Source: an uncultured Desulfospira sp. (lineage in GTDB: Bacteria; Desulfobacterota; Desulfobacteria; Desulfobacterales; Desulfobacteraceae). From it: DNA of 64,000 nucleotides. A program made the translations under genes and the position numbers. Below, piece after piece: positions 1 through 10,070 of the stretch. Numbering within the stretch: the first letter of the stretch is position 1; each line of letters starts with the position of its first letter. Below the pieces are notes generated by a model. That model was given only the letters and a program-made list of their open reading frames with translations, searched no databases and was not told the DNA's origin. The stretch is taken from the NCBI GenBank assembly GCA_963663165.1, contig OY760175.1:5856001-5920000 (forward strand), in the 5' to 3' direction.

Positions 1-2
1 AT

Positions 3-341
3 ACGGTCCGGGATACCCGGACCCTTTCCGGGGGCGAGAGTTTCCTGGTCAGCCTGGCCCTGGCCCTGGGGCTGTCCGATTTGGTGTCCAGCAAGACCCG
101 GATTGATTCTTTGTTCTTGGACGAGGGGTTCGGCACCCTGGACCCCGAGACCCTGGAAACCGCCCTGGACGCCCTGGATCACCTGAACTCCGGCGGCCGG
201 ATGATCGGGGTCATCTCCCATGTGGAAGCCATGAAAGAGCGTATCGCCACGAGGATTGAGGTTAAGCAGAAAACCAGCCTGGGCTTCAGCACCCTGGATG
301 AACGGTTCCGGGTGGTTCAACATGTTGCAAAGTGCCATTGA
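3..341 (+). CDS. sbcC: Exonuclease SbcC, C-terminal fragment (gene starts upstream of the window)
   Basis: Frame open from position 3: [19 protein letters not shown] (ABC signature), [11 protein letters not shown] (Walker B/D-loop) and IGVISHV, typical of the SbcC/Rad50 C-terminus. Confidence 0.9.
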   Translation, partial: TVRDTRTLSGGESFLVSLALALGLSDLVSSKTRIDSLFLDEGFGTLDPETLETALDALDHLNSGGRMIGVISHVEAMKERIATRIEVKQKTSLGFSTLDERFRVVQHVAKCH

Positions 342-543
342 GCCTGATAGAATTCAATCATCCAAATGGTATCAAAAGAAGTTTGATCATGATTCTGTGT
401 TAAAAAACATAATCTTTAAAAAAGTTATTTTTTCCATGGTATGGGGATCGTCCCTGCCTGAGGGGTCCTGAAATCTTATAGAATTTAACCGGTTTTTATG
501 GTTTATTAGGCCTGTCTAATCTTTTTGAAAGGATAGTTTAATA

Positions 544-3477
544 ATGATTCATTCTAAAGGTCGGTGGTTTCTTATCAAACATAAATTCAACTTTTTATTC
601 CTCACCGGCTTGATTCTGCTGGCGTCTGGCTGCGGTGGCGGCGGGGGCGGCGGCGGGGAAAGTGCCAATGTGTCGCCTGACGCTGCGTTCACCGCATCCA
701 AGGCCTATGGCAATCCGCCCCTGGCCGTGACGTTTAACGGGGCCGGTTCCAGTGACAGCGACGGCAGTATTTCGTCCTACAGCTGGGATTTCGGGGACAA
801 CAGCACGGGGAGCGGGAAAACGGTCCAGCATACCTACCAGGCCATCGGGACATATACCGCCCAGTTGACCGTGGCCGACAATGACGGGTCAACCGACACG
901 GCCACCTGTGAAATTGATGTGGGCTATTCTGTCATGGGAACGGTCACCTCAACGGAAAGCATGGTGTCGGACAGTGATGTGAACAACCCGGATGCCGCTT
1001 ACACCTCCAATAACGCTTTTTCTTCGGCTCAGGACATATCGGCTCCGGTAACGGTCAGCGGGTTTGTGAATGTGGACAATTCCGGTTCTGCCGGAGACCG
1101 GTTTGCCGAAGACGGGGATACCGATGATTATTTTTACGCCGCCCTGACCGATGACATGACCATTGAACTGGTCATGGCGGAATCGTCACTGGCGGCTGAA
1201 CTGGGCCTTTACCTGTACAACAGCAACCGGGTGCTGGTGGGGCAGGCCAATACCAATAACAACGGCCTGGCCACGCTGACCGTGTCCGGGGATGGAAACT
1301 ATTATATCCGTGTCCAGGCCGTGGAATCGGGCTGGGTCAGAACCTGCACCATGTACGGGCTCATCGTCGGCCTTTCCGAATCAACAACCAGTGTCAGTGA
1401 GTTGAGCCTTGAATCGGATTTTTTGCCCGGAGAGGTCCTGGTCCGGTTTGAAAAAGATACCTCGGGATCGGTTTCACCCCTGGCTCTGGATTCAAAGACC
1501 GCTGATCTGGGGTTTGCCGTCAAAGGGGGGAACAACAGCCGGGACCGGCTGTTAAGACCGCCGGAAGGGGGAGATGAAGACGTCCTGTTTGAACGGCTGG
1601 GCATCCGCAAAGCTGTTGCCCAAAGCCTTGGCCCGGGAATCCTGAGTGACAACACCCGGGAAAAGATGAAGACCTTATGGATGGTCCGGGCCTTAAAAAA
1701 TACCGCCGGGGTTGAGTGTGCGGCCCCCAATTACATTCGTAAAGCTTTTGCGGTTCCCGATGACACCTATTATTCGTACCAGTGGAATTATCCGCTGATC
1801 AATCTTGAGGAGGCATGGGAAACCACCACCGGCAGCACCAGTATTATTGTGGCGGTGGTGGATACCGGCGTGTTGCTCAGCCATCCGGACCTGAACGGAC
1901 AGCTGGTGGATTATGGATATGATTTTATTTCAGATGATGATATTTCCGGCGATGGTGAATCCGGTATTGATGATGACCCGGATGATCCCGGGGATCAGGA
2001 TGACCCCAACGGCAGCAGTTCATTTCATGGTACCCATGTGGCCGGGACCATTGCAGCAGCATCTGACAACAGCACGGGCGTGGCCGGGGTGGCCTGGGGT
2101 GTAAAGATAATGCCCTTGCGGGCTCTGGGTATTGGCGGCGGGACTTCCTATGATATCATGGAAGCGGTAAAGTATGCCGCGGGTCTGAGCAATGATTCCG
2201 GGGCCTTTCCGGACAATCCAGCCGATATTATCAACCTGAGCCTTGGCGGCAGCTCGTACTCGGCCCTTGAGGCAGCCGTATTTGAGGATGCCCGTGATGC
2301 GGGCGCGATTATCATTGCCTCGGCCGGCAATGATGGATCCAGCGCAAAAAGCTATCCGGCTGCCTATGCCAGTGTTGTGTCGGTCAGTGCGGTTACCGAA
2401 GACAAGGAACGGGCCTATTATTCAAACTACGGGTCTACTATTGATGTGGCCGCCCCCGGCGGCGGCCCGGCCTCGGAAACAGGCAGCAGCGGCAGCTCGG
2501 ATTCGGTGTTAAGCACCTGCGGCGATGACAGCAGCGGCACCATTGAAATGACCTACACCAAATATATGGGGACCAGTATGGCCGCCCCCCATGTGGCCGG
2601 TGTGGCGGCATTGATGAAAAGTGTGTATGCAGGCCTGACCCCGGATAAATTTGATACCCTCCTGGAAGCGGGATATCTGACTCAGGATTTAGGCGATTCA
2701 GGGCGGGATAATTATTTTGGATACGGGATGATTGATGCCGCCAGAGCGGTGGAGGTTGCCCAGGAGATCAATTCAACCGGCCAATATCCCCCTATTTTGA
2801 CCGCAAGCCCTAACAGCCTGAGCTTTTCAGGTTCCCAGACCTCCGATGAGGTGGTGCTGTCCAATGGCGGCGGTTCCGGCGCATTGGCTGTCAGCAGTTA
2901 TACGTCAGATGAAACCTGGCTGTCCGTTACCGCCAGTGCTGTAGACGGCAACGGGCTGGGCACTTATACGGTGACCGTTGACAGCAGCGGGCTTGCCAAC
3001 GGCACCCATTCAGGCACCCTGACCTTTGAGTCCAATCGAAATGATGCCACCGTTTCCGTGACCCTGGTGGTGGGGACCGTGGCCGAGTCCTCAGACGGGG
3101 GGTACCATTATATTGTGCTGGTGGACCCGGATACCCGCCGGACCGTTGACTACATCGGCTGTACCGGGGAAGACGGGGTGTATGATTTCAGGCTGACCGG
3201 CGACTACCTTGGCCAGACCTACCTGATTTACGCGGGCACGGATTCCGACAATGACGGGATCGTCTGCGGGGAGGCAGAGGCCTGCGGTGCCTATCTTTCC
3301 CAGGACAACCCGGTGGAGATAACCGTTACCCGGGATTTAAGCGGCCTTGATTTCACCACCGATATCAATTTGAGCCTGCCCGATACGTCTTCTGCCTCAT
3401 ATTCAGATTTTTCCATTGAGCTGGAAAGGGCTGACCCGGATAAGGCCTTCAAAGGGCTCAAACAGGGCTCACCATAA
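544..3477 (+). CDS. Lipoprotein subtilisin-like (S8) serine peptidase with PKD and other beta-rich accessory domains
   Basis: Lipobox LLASGC followed by a poly-Gly linker; PKD motif SYSWDFGD; catalytic triad VVDTG / HGTHVAG / GTSMAAPHVAG. Confidence 0.9.
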   Translation: MIHSKGRWFLIKHKFNFLFLTGLILLASGCGGGGGGGGESANVSPDAAFTASKAYGNPPLAVTFNGAGSSDSDGSISSYSWDFGDNSTGSGKTVQHTYQAIGTYTAQLTVADNDGSTDTATCEIDVGYSVMGTVTSTESMVSDSDVNNPDAAYTSNNAFSSAQDISAPVTVSGFVNVDNSGSAGDRFAEDGDTDDYFYAALTDDMTIELVMAESSLAAELGLYLYNSNRVLVGQANTNNNGLATLTVSGDGNYYIRVQAVESGWVRTCTMYGLIVGLSESTTSVSELSLESDFLPGEVLVRFEKDTSGSVSPLALDSKTADLGFAVKGGNNSRDRLLRPPEGGDEDVLFERLGIRKAVAQSLGPGILSDNTREKMKTLWMVRALKNTAGVECAAPNYIRKAFAVPDDTYYSYQWNYPLINLEEAWETTTGSTSIIVAVVDTGVLLSHPDLNGQLVDYGYDFISDDDISGDGESGIDDDPDDPGDQDDPNGSSSFHGTHVAGTIAAASDNSTGVAGVAWGVKIMPLRALGIGGGTSYDIMEAVKYAAGLSNDSGAFPDNPADIINLSLGGSSYSALEAAVFEDARDAGAIIIASAGNDGSSAKSYPAAYASVVSVSAVTEDKERAYYSNYGSTIDVAAPGGGPASETGSSGSSDSVLSTCGDDSSGTIEMTYTKYMGTSMAAPHVAGVAALMKSVYAGLTPDKFDTLLEAGYLTQDLGDSGRDNYFGYGMIDAARAVEVAQEINSTGQYPPILTASPNSLSFSGSQTSDEVVLSNGGGSGALAVSSYTSDETWLSVTASAVDGNGLGTYTVTVDSSGLANGTHSGTLTFESNRNDATVSVTLVVGTVAESSDGGYHYIVLVDPDTRRTVDYIGCTGEDGVYDFRLTGDYLGQTYLIYAGTDSDNDGIVCGEAEACGAYLSQDNPVEITVTRDLSGLDFTTDINLSLPDTSSASYSDFSIELERADPDKAFKGLKQGSP

Positions 3478-3565
3478 CCGGAGGCCGGAAACGGAAGACG
3501 GGAGACCGGATGCTGCGAATCCCTCAGGGGTGGGCATCCGGTTTCTTCAATCAACCTATGGGAAT

Positions 3566-3635
3566 TGTGAAAAAAAAGTAATAGAAAAATGCAGATTGTG
3601 AAAAAAATGTTATAAAGTGTGAAAAAAAAGTAATA
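3566..3635 (+). promoter_or_regulatory. Three 18-bp boxes TGTGAAAAAAA(A/T)GT(A/T)ATA upstream of a PEP-CTERM gene
   Basis: Copies at 3566-3583, 3597-3614 and 3618-3635 (offsets 31 and 21 bp); the same motif recurs upstream of two other CTERM genes. Confidence 0.75.
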
Positions 3636-3763
3636 GTCCGGACAAAAAAATAGCGCCTATCGGCAATAGTATCCCCTCCCCATTCCCCGCCATAATAAAA
3701 AATATCTTTAGCATTCGAATAGTTCAATAAATTGTAGAAAAAAATACAGAATTAGAGAGGGTA

Positions 3764-3779
3764 TAGCACAGAAAATGCA
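3764..3779 (+). promoter_or_regulatory. Possible degenerate sigma54 -24/-12 promoter
   Basis: TAGCAC-AGAAA-ATGCA vs consensus TGGCAC-N5-TTGCA; the conserved GG reads AG; lies 130-200 bp downstream of the triple box. Confidence 0.35.
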
Positions 3780-3929
3780 ATGTAAGTCAGTGAATACACA
3801 AAATGGCAGCAAACAAGGTAATCGAAAAACAGCAGAAGGCCCCTGGTTGAAACAAAAGGCCCTCATTAATAACCATCACCAGGATTCCTTTAAAAAAGTT
3901 GAAATTTGGAAAAAGAGAGTTTAAGCGGT

Positions 3930-4595
3930 ATGAAAAAAATCATGATATCAGTCTTTTTAGGGATCGGGTTGGCTACACTGTTTTCGCTTAGTGCGAAGGC
4001 CGCCAGTATCACGGACACGGTGGTATTCAACACAGACGGCACCGCCATAGAAGAAGACCTGATCAGTTATGGCGGCGGTACTGTGGATAAAATCGGTGAT
4101 TCATATTTTGACTGGGTTACCTGGGAGCATTCTTTTGCGTTTGATTTTTCCAATGTCACAGTGGGTTCCGTCGTTCTCAGCCTCACATTTGAAGACGACC
4201 AGGGGGTTTTCTGGGTTGTGAACAGCGGCTGGTGGGGATACTGCCGCTACCCCGTGGTCACTGCCAATGACTCTGAGTCGGAATGGGCCGTGGGTTGGAC
4301 CGATGACGGGCAATGGGACATTGGCGAGGTGGAGACCGGCACCTATGAATATGATATTGATATTGAGTCTATCCTGGATGGGTCTTTAATTGTTACCATT
4401 TCCGGAAGTTTTATCACCGGAGATTTTTATGTGGTTTCATCGGAACTGACCGTTAATTATACAGAACTGGCCTCCAACAACACGGAAGACACCAATGAAA
4501 TAAATGGGAACAATCCGGTTCCGGAACCGTCTACCTTTTTGATGATCGGGTTAAGCCTTCTGGCATTATCAGGGTTAATCAGAAAAAGGGCATAG
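3930..4595 (+). CDS. PEP-CTERM sorting-domain protein (secreted, acidic, beta-rich)
   Basis: Signal peptide MKKIMISVF...AKA; C-terminus PVPEPSTFLMIGLSLLALSGLIRKRA (VPEP + TM helix + basic tail); ATG 3930 preferred over TTG 3906. Confidence 0.9.
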   Translation: MKKIMISVFLGIGLATLFSLSAKAASITDTVVFNTDGTAIEEDLISYGGGTVDKIGDSYFDWVTWEHSFAFDFSNVTVGSVVLSLTFEDDQGVFWVVNSGWWGYCRYPVVTANDSESEWAVGWTDDGQWDIGEVETGTYEYDIDIESILDGSLIVTISGSFITGDFYVVSSELTVNYTELASNNTEDTNEINGNNPVPEPSTFLMIGLSLLALSGLIRKRA

Positions 4596-4711
4596 ACCGA
4601 TATTAAATGGAGACCGGAAACCGGAAACGGGAGACCGGATATGACCAAATATTCAGGTTGCCCGCCATTGGCGTACAGCCCGCTGTGTTTAGATGATAAA
4701 TTCGATGGCAA

Positions 4712-4741
4712 CGGTGGGCACGAAAAGCGTGCCCACCTTAC
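4712..4741. repeat. REP-like palindrome (GTAG-type) between convergent genes; may also act as terminator
   Basis: Minus strand reads GTAAGGTGGGCACG-CTTTT-CGTGCCCACCG, a GC-rich hairpin with a GTAA foot. Confidence 0.55.
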
Positions 4742-4751
4742 CTGATAACGC

Positions 4752-5558
4752 TTATCCGGGGAAAAAGGTTTCAGGCTCTTTTCTTGCCGCATAATTTTCA
4801 AACAGCCATTTGGCAATATCTTTAAACTTGCCTTCCACCATGATTCTTGCGCCTTCGGGACAGGCCTTGATACAGGCACAGCAGTGGATGCACAGTTCGT
4901 TTTTGACAGCGAATCCATTGGCGGCATCAATGGCCTCAACCGGGCAGACTTCCACACAGGTGGAGCATTCATTGCAGTCGCCGGACACCTCAATGAATTC
5001 AACCGGTGCCGGGGGCATTCCCTGTTTGTAGGGAGAGTTTCCCGGGACCGTTAATCTGCCAAGGGCTGCGGGAGATGCCGCCCCTTCCAGGAGCGCGGCC
5101 ACTTTCCGGCCGAATTCCCGGGCCTTTTCCAGATCATTGGCATCGGGCCGGCCCGGGGCAACCTGGAAGTCACCGCCTGAGAAGGAATGCTCGCCGAGAA
5201 AGGCCCCGGCCGCCACGGACGTGGCCCCGGCCTGGTCCAGGAGATCTTTTAACTCCAGGAGGGCATCTTCAAATTCCCGGTTCCCGTAAACCACCACCGG
5301 GACCGCAAGCGCGCCGCCGGCTTTTATGGCGTCAAAGTAGGGCTGGGCCACTTTGGGCAGGCGGCCGCCGTAAACCGGGGTCCCGGCCAAAAGGATCTGG
5401 CCCTCTATGGCCGGCGGGGTCTGGTTTCGAATATCGGGCCGGGTGATGTCCAGGGTCTGGACAACGGGTATTCCCATCCCCTGTGCAATGGCTTCAAGAA
5501 CTTTTTGGGTGGTGGCCGTGGGGCTGAAATACAGCAGGGTGGCGCTTTGAATTTTCAT
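4752..5558 (-). CDS. Flavodoxin-like domain plus 2x[4Fe-4S] ferredoxin protein (EFR1-like)
   Basis: YFSPTATT flavodoxin-like loop, VYGNR motif, CNECSTCVEVCP and CIHCCACIKACP. Confidence 0.85.
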   Translation of the reverse strand: MKIQSATLLYFSPTATTQKVLEAIAQGMGIPVVQTLDITRPDIRNQTPPAIEGQILLAGTPVYGGRLPKVAQPYFDAIKAGGALAVPVVVYGNREFEDALLELKDLLDQAGATSVAAGAFLGEHSFSGGDFQVAPGRPDANDLEKAREFGRKVAALLEGAASPAALGRLTVPGNSPYKQGMPPAPVEFIEVSGDCNECSTCVEVCPVEAIDAANGFAVKNELCIHCCACIKACPEGARIMVEGKFKDIAKWLFENYAARKEPETFFPG

Positions 5559-5589
5559 TTTTTTATCTCCCTTTTTAGAAATGTTGGGT

Positions 5590-7242
5590 TTACCGACGGT
5601 CCGGCCAGATGTCCCTGGACATTTCCGTAAGTTTGTATTTCTGGATTTTCCCGGATGCGGTCATGGGAAAGTCATTGACAAACTGAATATACCGGGGGAT
5701 TTTGTAACGGCTGATCTGCCCCCGGCAAAAATCCTGGATATCGCTGGGTTCAATATCGGCCCCGTCTTTTAAAATGACAAAGGCCCCGACCTCCTCCCCG
5801 TATTTGGGACTGGGCACGGCCGCAACCTGGACATCCCTGATTTCATCCATCCGGTAGAGAAATTCCTCGATTTCCCTGGGGTATACATTTTCCCCGCCCC
5901 GGATAATCATGTCCTTGTACCGTCCGGTGATGGACAGGTTGCCGGCCTCGTCCATTACCCCCAAATCGCCGGAATGGAGCCAGCCGTCTTTGTCAATGGC
6001 CTCTTTGGTGGCCGCTTCATTGTTGTAATACCCCTTCATGATATTGTACCCCCGGCAGCAGACCTCTCCCTGGGTTCCCGGGGGAACTTCCACTCGGGTT
6101 TCGGGATCAACGATTTTAACTTCAATATGGGGCAGGGCCCGGCCCACGGTCTCTACCCGCAGCCTGATATCATCGCCGATCCGGGTATAGGTCATCACCG
6201 GCGAGGCTTCGGTCAGGCCGTAGCAGATGGTAATGTCTGTCATATTCATCTTTTCAATGACCTGCTCCATGACCTGGACCGGGCAGTTTGATCCGGCCAT
6301 GATTCCGGTGCGAAGGGAGGAGAAGTCAAACTTGCTGAACATGGGGTGCTGGAGCATGGCAATAAACATGGTGGGCACCCCGTACAGGGCCGTGCATTTT
6401 TCCTGTTCCACGGCGGCCATGGTCTGTAAGGGGTCAAACCCTTCCTGAATCACCATACAGGTCCCGTGGTTCACCGCCGCCATCACCCCGAGAACACAGC
6501 CAAAACAGTGGAACAGCGGCACGGGCAGACAGACCCGGTCATTTTCGGAAAAGAGCTGGTTTTTGCCGATCCAGTACCCGTTGTTGCCGATGTTGTAATG
6601 GGTGAGCATGACCCCTTTGGGAAAGCCCGTTGTCCCGGAGGTATACTGCATATTGACCACGTCGTGGGGGGACAGGGAATCCTGCCGCTGCCGGTACTCT
6701 TGGTCGGACACCATGACACTGAGGGCCCGGATTTCCGGAATCGTGTACATGCCCCGGTGCTTTTCCTGGCCTAAAAAAGCCACCCGCTTGAGATGGGGAA
6801 ATTTTTCACTTGAAAGGCTGCCCCGCTGGCAGGTCTTAAGCTCGGGCACCAGATCGTAAAGGGTGGCAATGTAGTCGGTGTCCTGGAACCCGTCTATAGT
6901 AAATAGGTTTTCAGTTTCAGACTGGATGAGCAGGTATTCGAGTTCTGCTTTTTTATAGTTGGTGTTTACCGTTAGCAGGACGGCCCCGATTTTGGCCGTG
7001 GCAAACTGGAGGGTAACCCAGAAAGGAATATTGGTGGCCCAGACCGCTACCTTTTCCCCTTTTTGAATCCCCAGGGCCATGAGCCCCCTGGCCACTTCAT
7101 CCACAAGGTCTGAGAACTGGCCGTAGGTGAGCCTGAAATCCCGGTCCACATAGACCAGGGCGTCATGATCGGCAAAGCGTTCAACGGTATAATCCAGGAT
7201 GCCCCCAAGGGTCAGTTCTCTTAATCCGGTTTCAGCGTTCAT
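5590..7242 (-). CDS. AMP-binding acyl-CoA synthetase
   Basis: YTSGTTGFPKG, YGLTE, GWLHSGDLG, IIRGGENVYPREIE and TASGKIQK; start MNAETG at 7242 with AGGAAGGA RBS. Confidence 0.92.
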   Translation of the reverse strand: MNAETGLRELTLGGILDYTVERFADHDALVYVDRDFRLTYGQFSDLVDEVARGLMALGIQKGEKVAVWATNIPFWVTLQFATAKIGAVLLTVNTNYKKAELEYLLIQSETENLFTIDGFQDTDYIATLYDLVPELKTCQRGSLSSEKFPHLKRVAFLGQEKHRGMYTIPEIRALSVMVSDQEYRQRQDSLSPHDVVNMQYTSGTTGFPKGVMLTHYNIGNNGYWIGKNQLFSENDRVCLPVPLFHCFGCVLGVMAAVNHGTCMVIQEGFDPLQTMAAVEQEKCTALYGVPTMFIAMLQHPMFSKFDFSSLRTGIMAGSNCPVQVMEQVIEKMNMTDITICYGLTEASPVMTYTRIGDDIRLRVETVGRALPHIEVKIVDPETRVEVPPGTQGEVCCRGYNIMKGYYNNEAATKEAIDKDGWLHSGDLGVMDEAGNLSITGRYKDMIIRGGENVYPREIEEFLYRMDEIRDVQVAAVPSPKYGEEVGAFVILKDGADIEPSDIQDFCRGQISRYKIPRYIQFVNDFPMTASGKIQKYKLTEMSRDIWPDRR

Positions 7243-7253
7243 GATGTCCTTCC

Positions 7254-7348
7254 TTTTATATGAAAGTCTCACTAACATTCCGAGAAGACTTTCATTATTT
7301 GTTGTGGACGGTTCTTGGTTGGATAATCCAAGCCGTCCGTGACGGTTA
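7254..7348 (-). repeat. Dispersed ~95-bp two-hairpin element, copy 1
   Basis: Minus strand TAACCGTCACGGACGGCTTGGATTATCCAACCAAGAACCGTCCACAACAAATAATGAAAGTCT...AGACTTTCATATAAAA; closely similar to 48596-48691 and 15813-15871. Confidence 0.85.
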
Positions 7349-7915
7349 GTCCGGAATATAGATCACGGCGTGAATTTCAGCCTTTTCATCCCCAACGCAG
7401 GAGACATAATGGGGAACAATGGAATTGTAATAAACGGAATCCCCTTGATTCAGCACATGGGCCTCTTTGCCGTAAATCACCTCAATACTGCCGGAGACCA
7501 CGGCAATAAATTCTTCTCCCTCGTGGGCGGACAATTTTTTTTCTTTGGCAGACTCGGGCAGGATCTCAACAAAAAAGGGTTCCATGTGCCGGTCGGTTTT
7601 GCCTTTGCCAAGGGCGTAGAAATTTAAGGCAGCCGGTTTGTTTTTGCCGTCCAGAACGCTGAATTCAGCTTCCCGGTCAGCTTTGCGGACAATATAAGGA
7701 TCGGTGCTGGTCTGATCGTCCAGAAAGGTGCCAAGACGGACCCCTAAAGCCCGGGCAATTTTCATCAGCGGCCCTAAAGGGGGGAAGGTTTCCTCTTTCA
7801 TCATGGTTTCCAGAAACCCCTGGTCAAGCCCGGTTTCCGAGGCCAGGCCGGGAAGGTCCATTCCCCTTTTATCCATGTAGTCCTTTATTCTCCGGCTGAT
7901 TTTACCGGTTTCCAT
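7346..7915 (-). CDS. XRE-family HTH plus cupin transcriptional regulator
   Basis: N-terminal HTH (LMKIARALGV), C-terminal cupin (HEGEEF...GDSVYYNSIVPH); directly upstream of the acyl-CoA synthetase. Confidence 0.9.
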   Translation of the reverse strand: METGKISRRIKDYMDKRGMDLPGLASETGLDQGFLETMMKEETFPPLGPLMKIARALGVRLGTFLDDQTSTDPYIVRKADREAEFSVLDGKNKPAALNFYALGKGKTDRHMEPFFVEILPESAKEKKLSAHEGEEFIAVVSGSIEVIYGKEAHVLNQGDSVYYNSIVPHYVSCVGDEKAEIHAVIYIPD

Positions 7916-8094
7916 AGCGATGTGCCTCCTTAAAAAATCAAATTAAAATTTGATGTATAATATAAGCACTTGCCCTTTGTCAAAGCCTGTTGGGCCTTTT
8001 TCGAAGGTGCATGCAACAAATAAGTTATTGACCTTGACTGTGGCGGCCTACAATCCGTTCAACTGCCGGCCGGCAGGGTATTCAATCAGCCTAA

Positions 8095-9402
8095 TTACCT
8101 AAAGACCACCCTGGCCCGGTGCCGGCCGGATTCGATGCTGCTGGTATAGGGCCAGTTCAGCTTGTCGCACAGCTGACGGGTTAACTGCAAGCCAAGCCCG
8201 AACCCCAGGTCTTTGTCTGTCTGGTTGTCTTGGATGATATCGTTTTTAATTTCCACGCCGTCCCGGGTCTGGGTGATTTGTATCCCGCCATGCCAGGTAT
8301 GCTGAAAGGCGTTCCGGATCAGGTTGCCCGTCACGATCCGGGCCGGTATGACCGGAAGCTTTAAAACAGACGGCTCTGTTTCAAGGCTGACCGACACTTC
8401 TTTGTCCCGGAGCAGGTAGCCGGCCTCGTCCACCAGTTCTTTGACCAGGGATTCAAGGTCCAGGTCGGATTCCGGGAGCCGGGTTTCCTCATCCCGGCTC
8501 AGCCAGAGCAGGGTCTGGGTCAGATGCTTCATGGTCAGGGATGCCCGGTCGATCCGGCCGATCCCCCGCTGTTTCTGCTCTTCTTTGGCCAGTGCCTTGT
8601 CCGGGGCTTTTGGGGGGGCATTTTCACTGGTTTCCACCAGTTTTTTAAGCAGCTCCACATTGTTCCGGATGATGCTGATGGGGGTGCGAAGTTCGTGGCT
8701 GCTGTGGCGCAGGAACCGGTGTTCCCGGTCCAGGCTCTCGTGGGCCGATGACAGGCTGTCCCGGATCATCCGGGCCAGTTCATTGAGTTCGGGATAGACA
8801 AAATCCGGTGCCGGATCATTGAGGTTTTTGGCATCCAGGCTGCGGGCCCACCGGCCCATGGATTTGACCGGCCGTTCCACCAGTTTGAGAAGAATAAAGA
8901 TAAAACCGGCAATGCCCAGGGCCGTTAACAGGCTGATGCTGATCAGGGTCCGTAGGTTTTTGTGCCGGTCCTGTCCGATTAACGGCGAGGCTTCGTTGTG
9001 GCTTGCCACATGGCCGATATAATAGGTCTCTGCCTTAAAAGAGACCCTCATGGCAAATACCATGGCCCGTGGCGGCCCTAAGGTTTTATTTTTCTTTTCA
9101 ACCTTAAGCTGGCCGGGCTGGCCTGGTTCCTCCATGGAAAGCCTTATCTCTTCTGGCATCTGCTCCCATTCCCGGCTGATCAGATATCCGCTGAAGGCGG
9201 TCAGCGTTTCTCTTTCAGGCGCTGGTATGGCAGTGATGTAGCTTTTCAGGGCATTGGCCATGCCGCCGGCCATCATCCGGTCCATGCCCTTGAAAAAAAA
9301 CTGGATACTTAAGATGGAATACCCGATAATCAGCAGGATGGCCGGGACCAGAAAAGACAGGGCTGCAAACCATTTCAGGCTGATGCCGGGTTTCATGTTC
9401 AA
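8095..9402 (-). CDS. Membrane sensor histidine kinase
   Basis: Two TM segments, H-box SHELRTP, N-box NLIRNAFQH, GFGLGL. Confidence 0.9.
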   Translation of the reverse strand: MNMKPGISLKWFAALSFLVPAILLIIGYSILSIQFFFKGMDRMMAGGMANALKSYITAIPAPERETLTAFSGYLISREWEQMPEEIRLSMEEPGQPGQLKVEKKNKTLGPPRAMVFAMRVSFKAETYYIGHVASHNEASPLIGQDRHKNLRTLISISLLTALGIAGFIFILLKLVERPVKSMGRWARSLDAKNLNDPAPDFVYPELNELARMIRDSLSSAHESLDREHRFLRHSSHELRTPISIIRNNVELLKKLVETSENAPPKAPDKALAKEEQKQRGIGRIDRASLTMKHLTQTLLWLSRDEETRLPESDLDLESLVKELVDEAGYLLRDKEVSVSLETEPSVLKLPVIPARIVTGNLIRNAFQHTWHGGIQITQTRDGVEIKNDIIQDNQTDKDLGFGLGLQLTRQLCDKLNWPYTSSIESGRHRARVVFR

Positions 9403-10070
9403 GGCTCCTTTCTTAAGGCAAAGCCGTGGCCTGCCACGGTCTGGACCAGGGCACAGTCAAATCCCTCATCCACGGCCTTTCGAAGGTGGTGCAGGTGAAC
9501 TTTAAGGCTGTTGCTGTCCGGGGGCTCATCCCCCCAGACAGATTCAATGAGTTTCTGCTTGGAAACCGTGTCCGGCGAGGCCCGCAGCAGGGCTTCGAGC
9601 AGCAGCCATGCCGTGGGGGACAGCTTTATTTTTTTGCCGGCCCGGGCCAGGGTCCCTTCTTTTAAGTTCATTTCAAGGTCCTCACACTTAAGGCGCCTGG
9701 CCTGGCCGCTGCGCCGCCGGGCCAGGGCATGGATCCGGACCACCAGTTCCTTGAGTTCAAAGGGTTTTACCAGGTAGTCATCGGTGCCGGCCTCAAATCC
9801 GGCCACTTTATCATCCAGGCTGTCCCTGGCCGTGAGCATGAGGACCGGGGTGTCGTTGCCGTCGTTGCGCAGCTGTTCACAAAGGCTTAACCCGTCAAGC
9901 CTGGGCAGGTTCAAATCCAGCAGCACCACGTCGTACCGGTTTTCTTTTATGAGCTTGCTGCCGGCCACACCGTTGCTGGCATAATCGCAGGCAATGGATT
10001 CAATGGCCAGGTAATCGATCACGGTTTCGGCCAGATCAAAATCATCTTCCACCAAAAGCACGGTTAACAC
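9399..10070 (-). CDS. OmpR-family response regulator
   Basis: LLVEDD, LLDLNLP, GTDDYLVKPF; winged helix ending LKVHLHHLRK...TVAGHGF. Confidence 0.93.
   Translation of the reverse strand: MLTVLLVEDDFDLAETVIDYLAIESIACDYASNGVAGSKLIKENRYDVVLLDLNLPRLDGLSLCEQLRNDGNDTPVLMLTARDSLDDKVAGFEAGTDDYLVKPFELKELVVRIHALARRRSGQARRLKCEDLEMNLKEGTLARAGKKIKLSPTAWLLLEALLRASPDTVSKQKLIESVWGDEPPDSNSLKVHLHHLRKAVDEGFDCALVQTVAGHGFALRKEP

Noticed and set aside
3566..3635. Repeated 18-mers (also 44711-44771 and 48697-48738) as a CRISPR array
   Set aside because: Repeats are too short, spacers are 0-13 bp, there are only 2-3 copies and no cas genes
3733..3748. TGT-N10-ACA (NifA-type UAS)
   Set aside because: Single copy too close to the putative promoter, no nif context; explainable by AT-rich sequence or a degenerate copy of the local box
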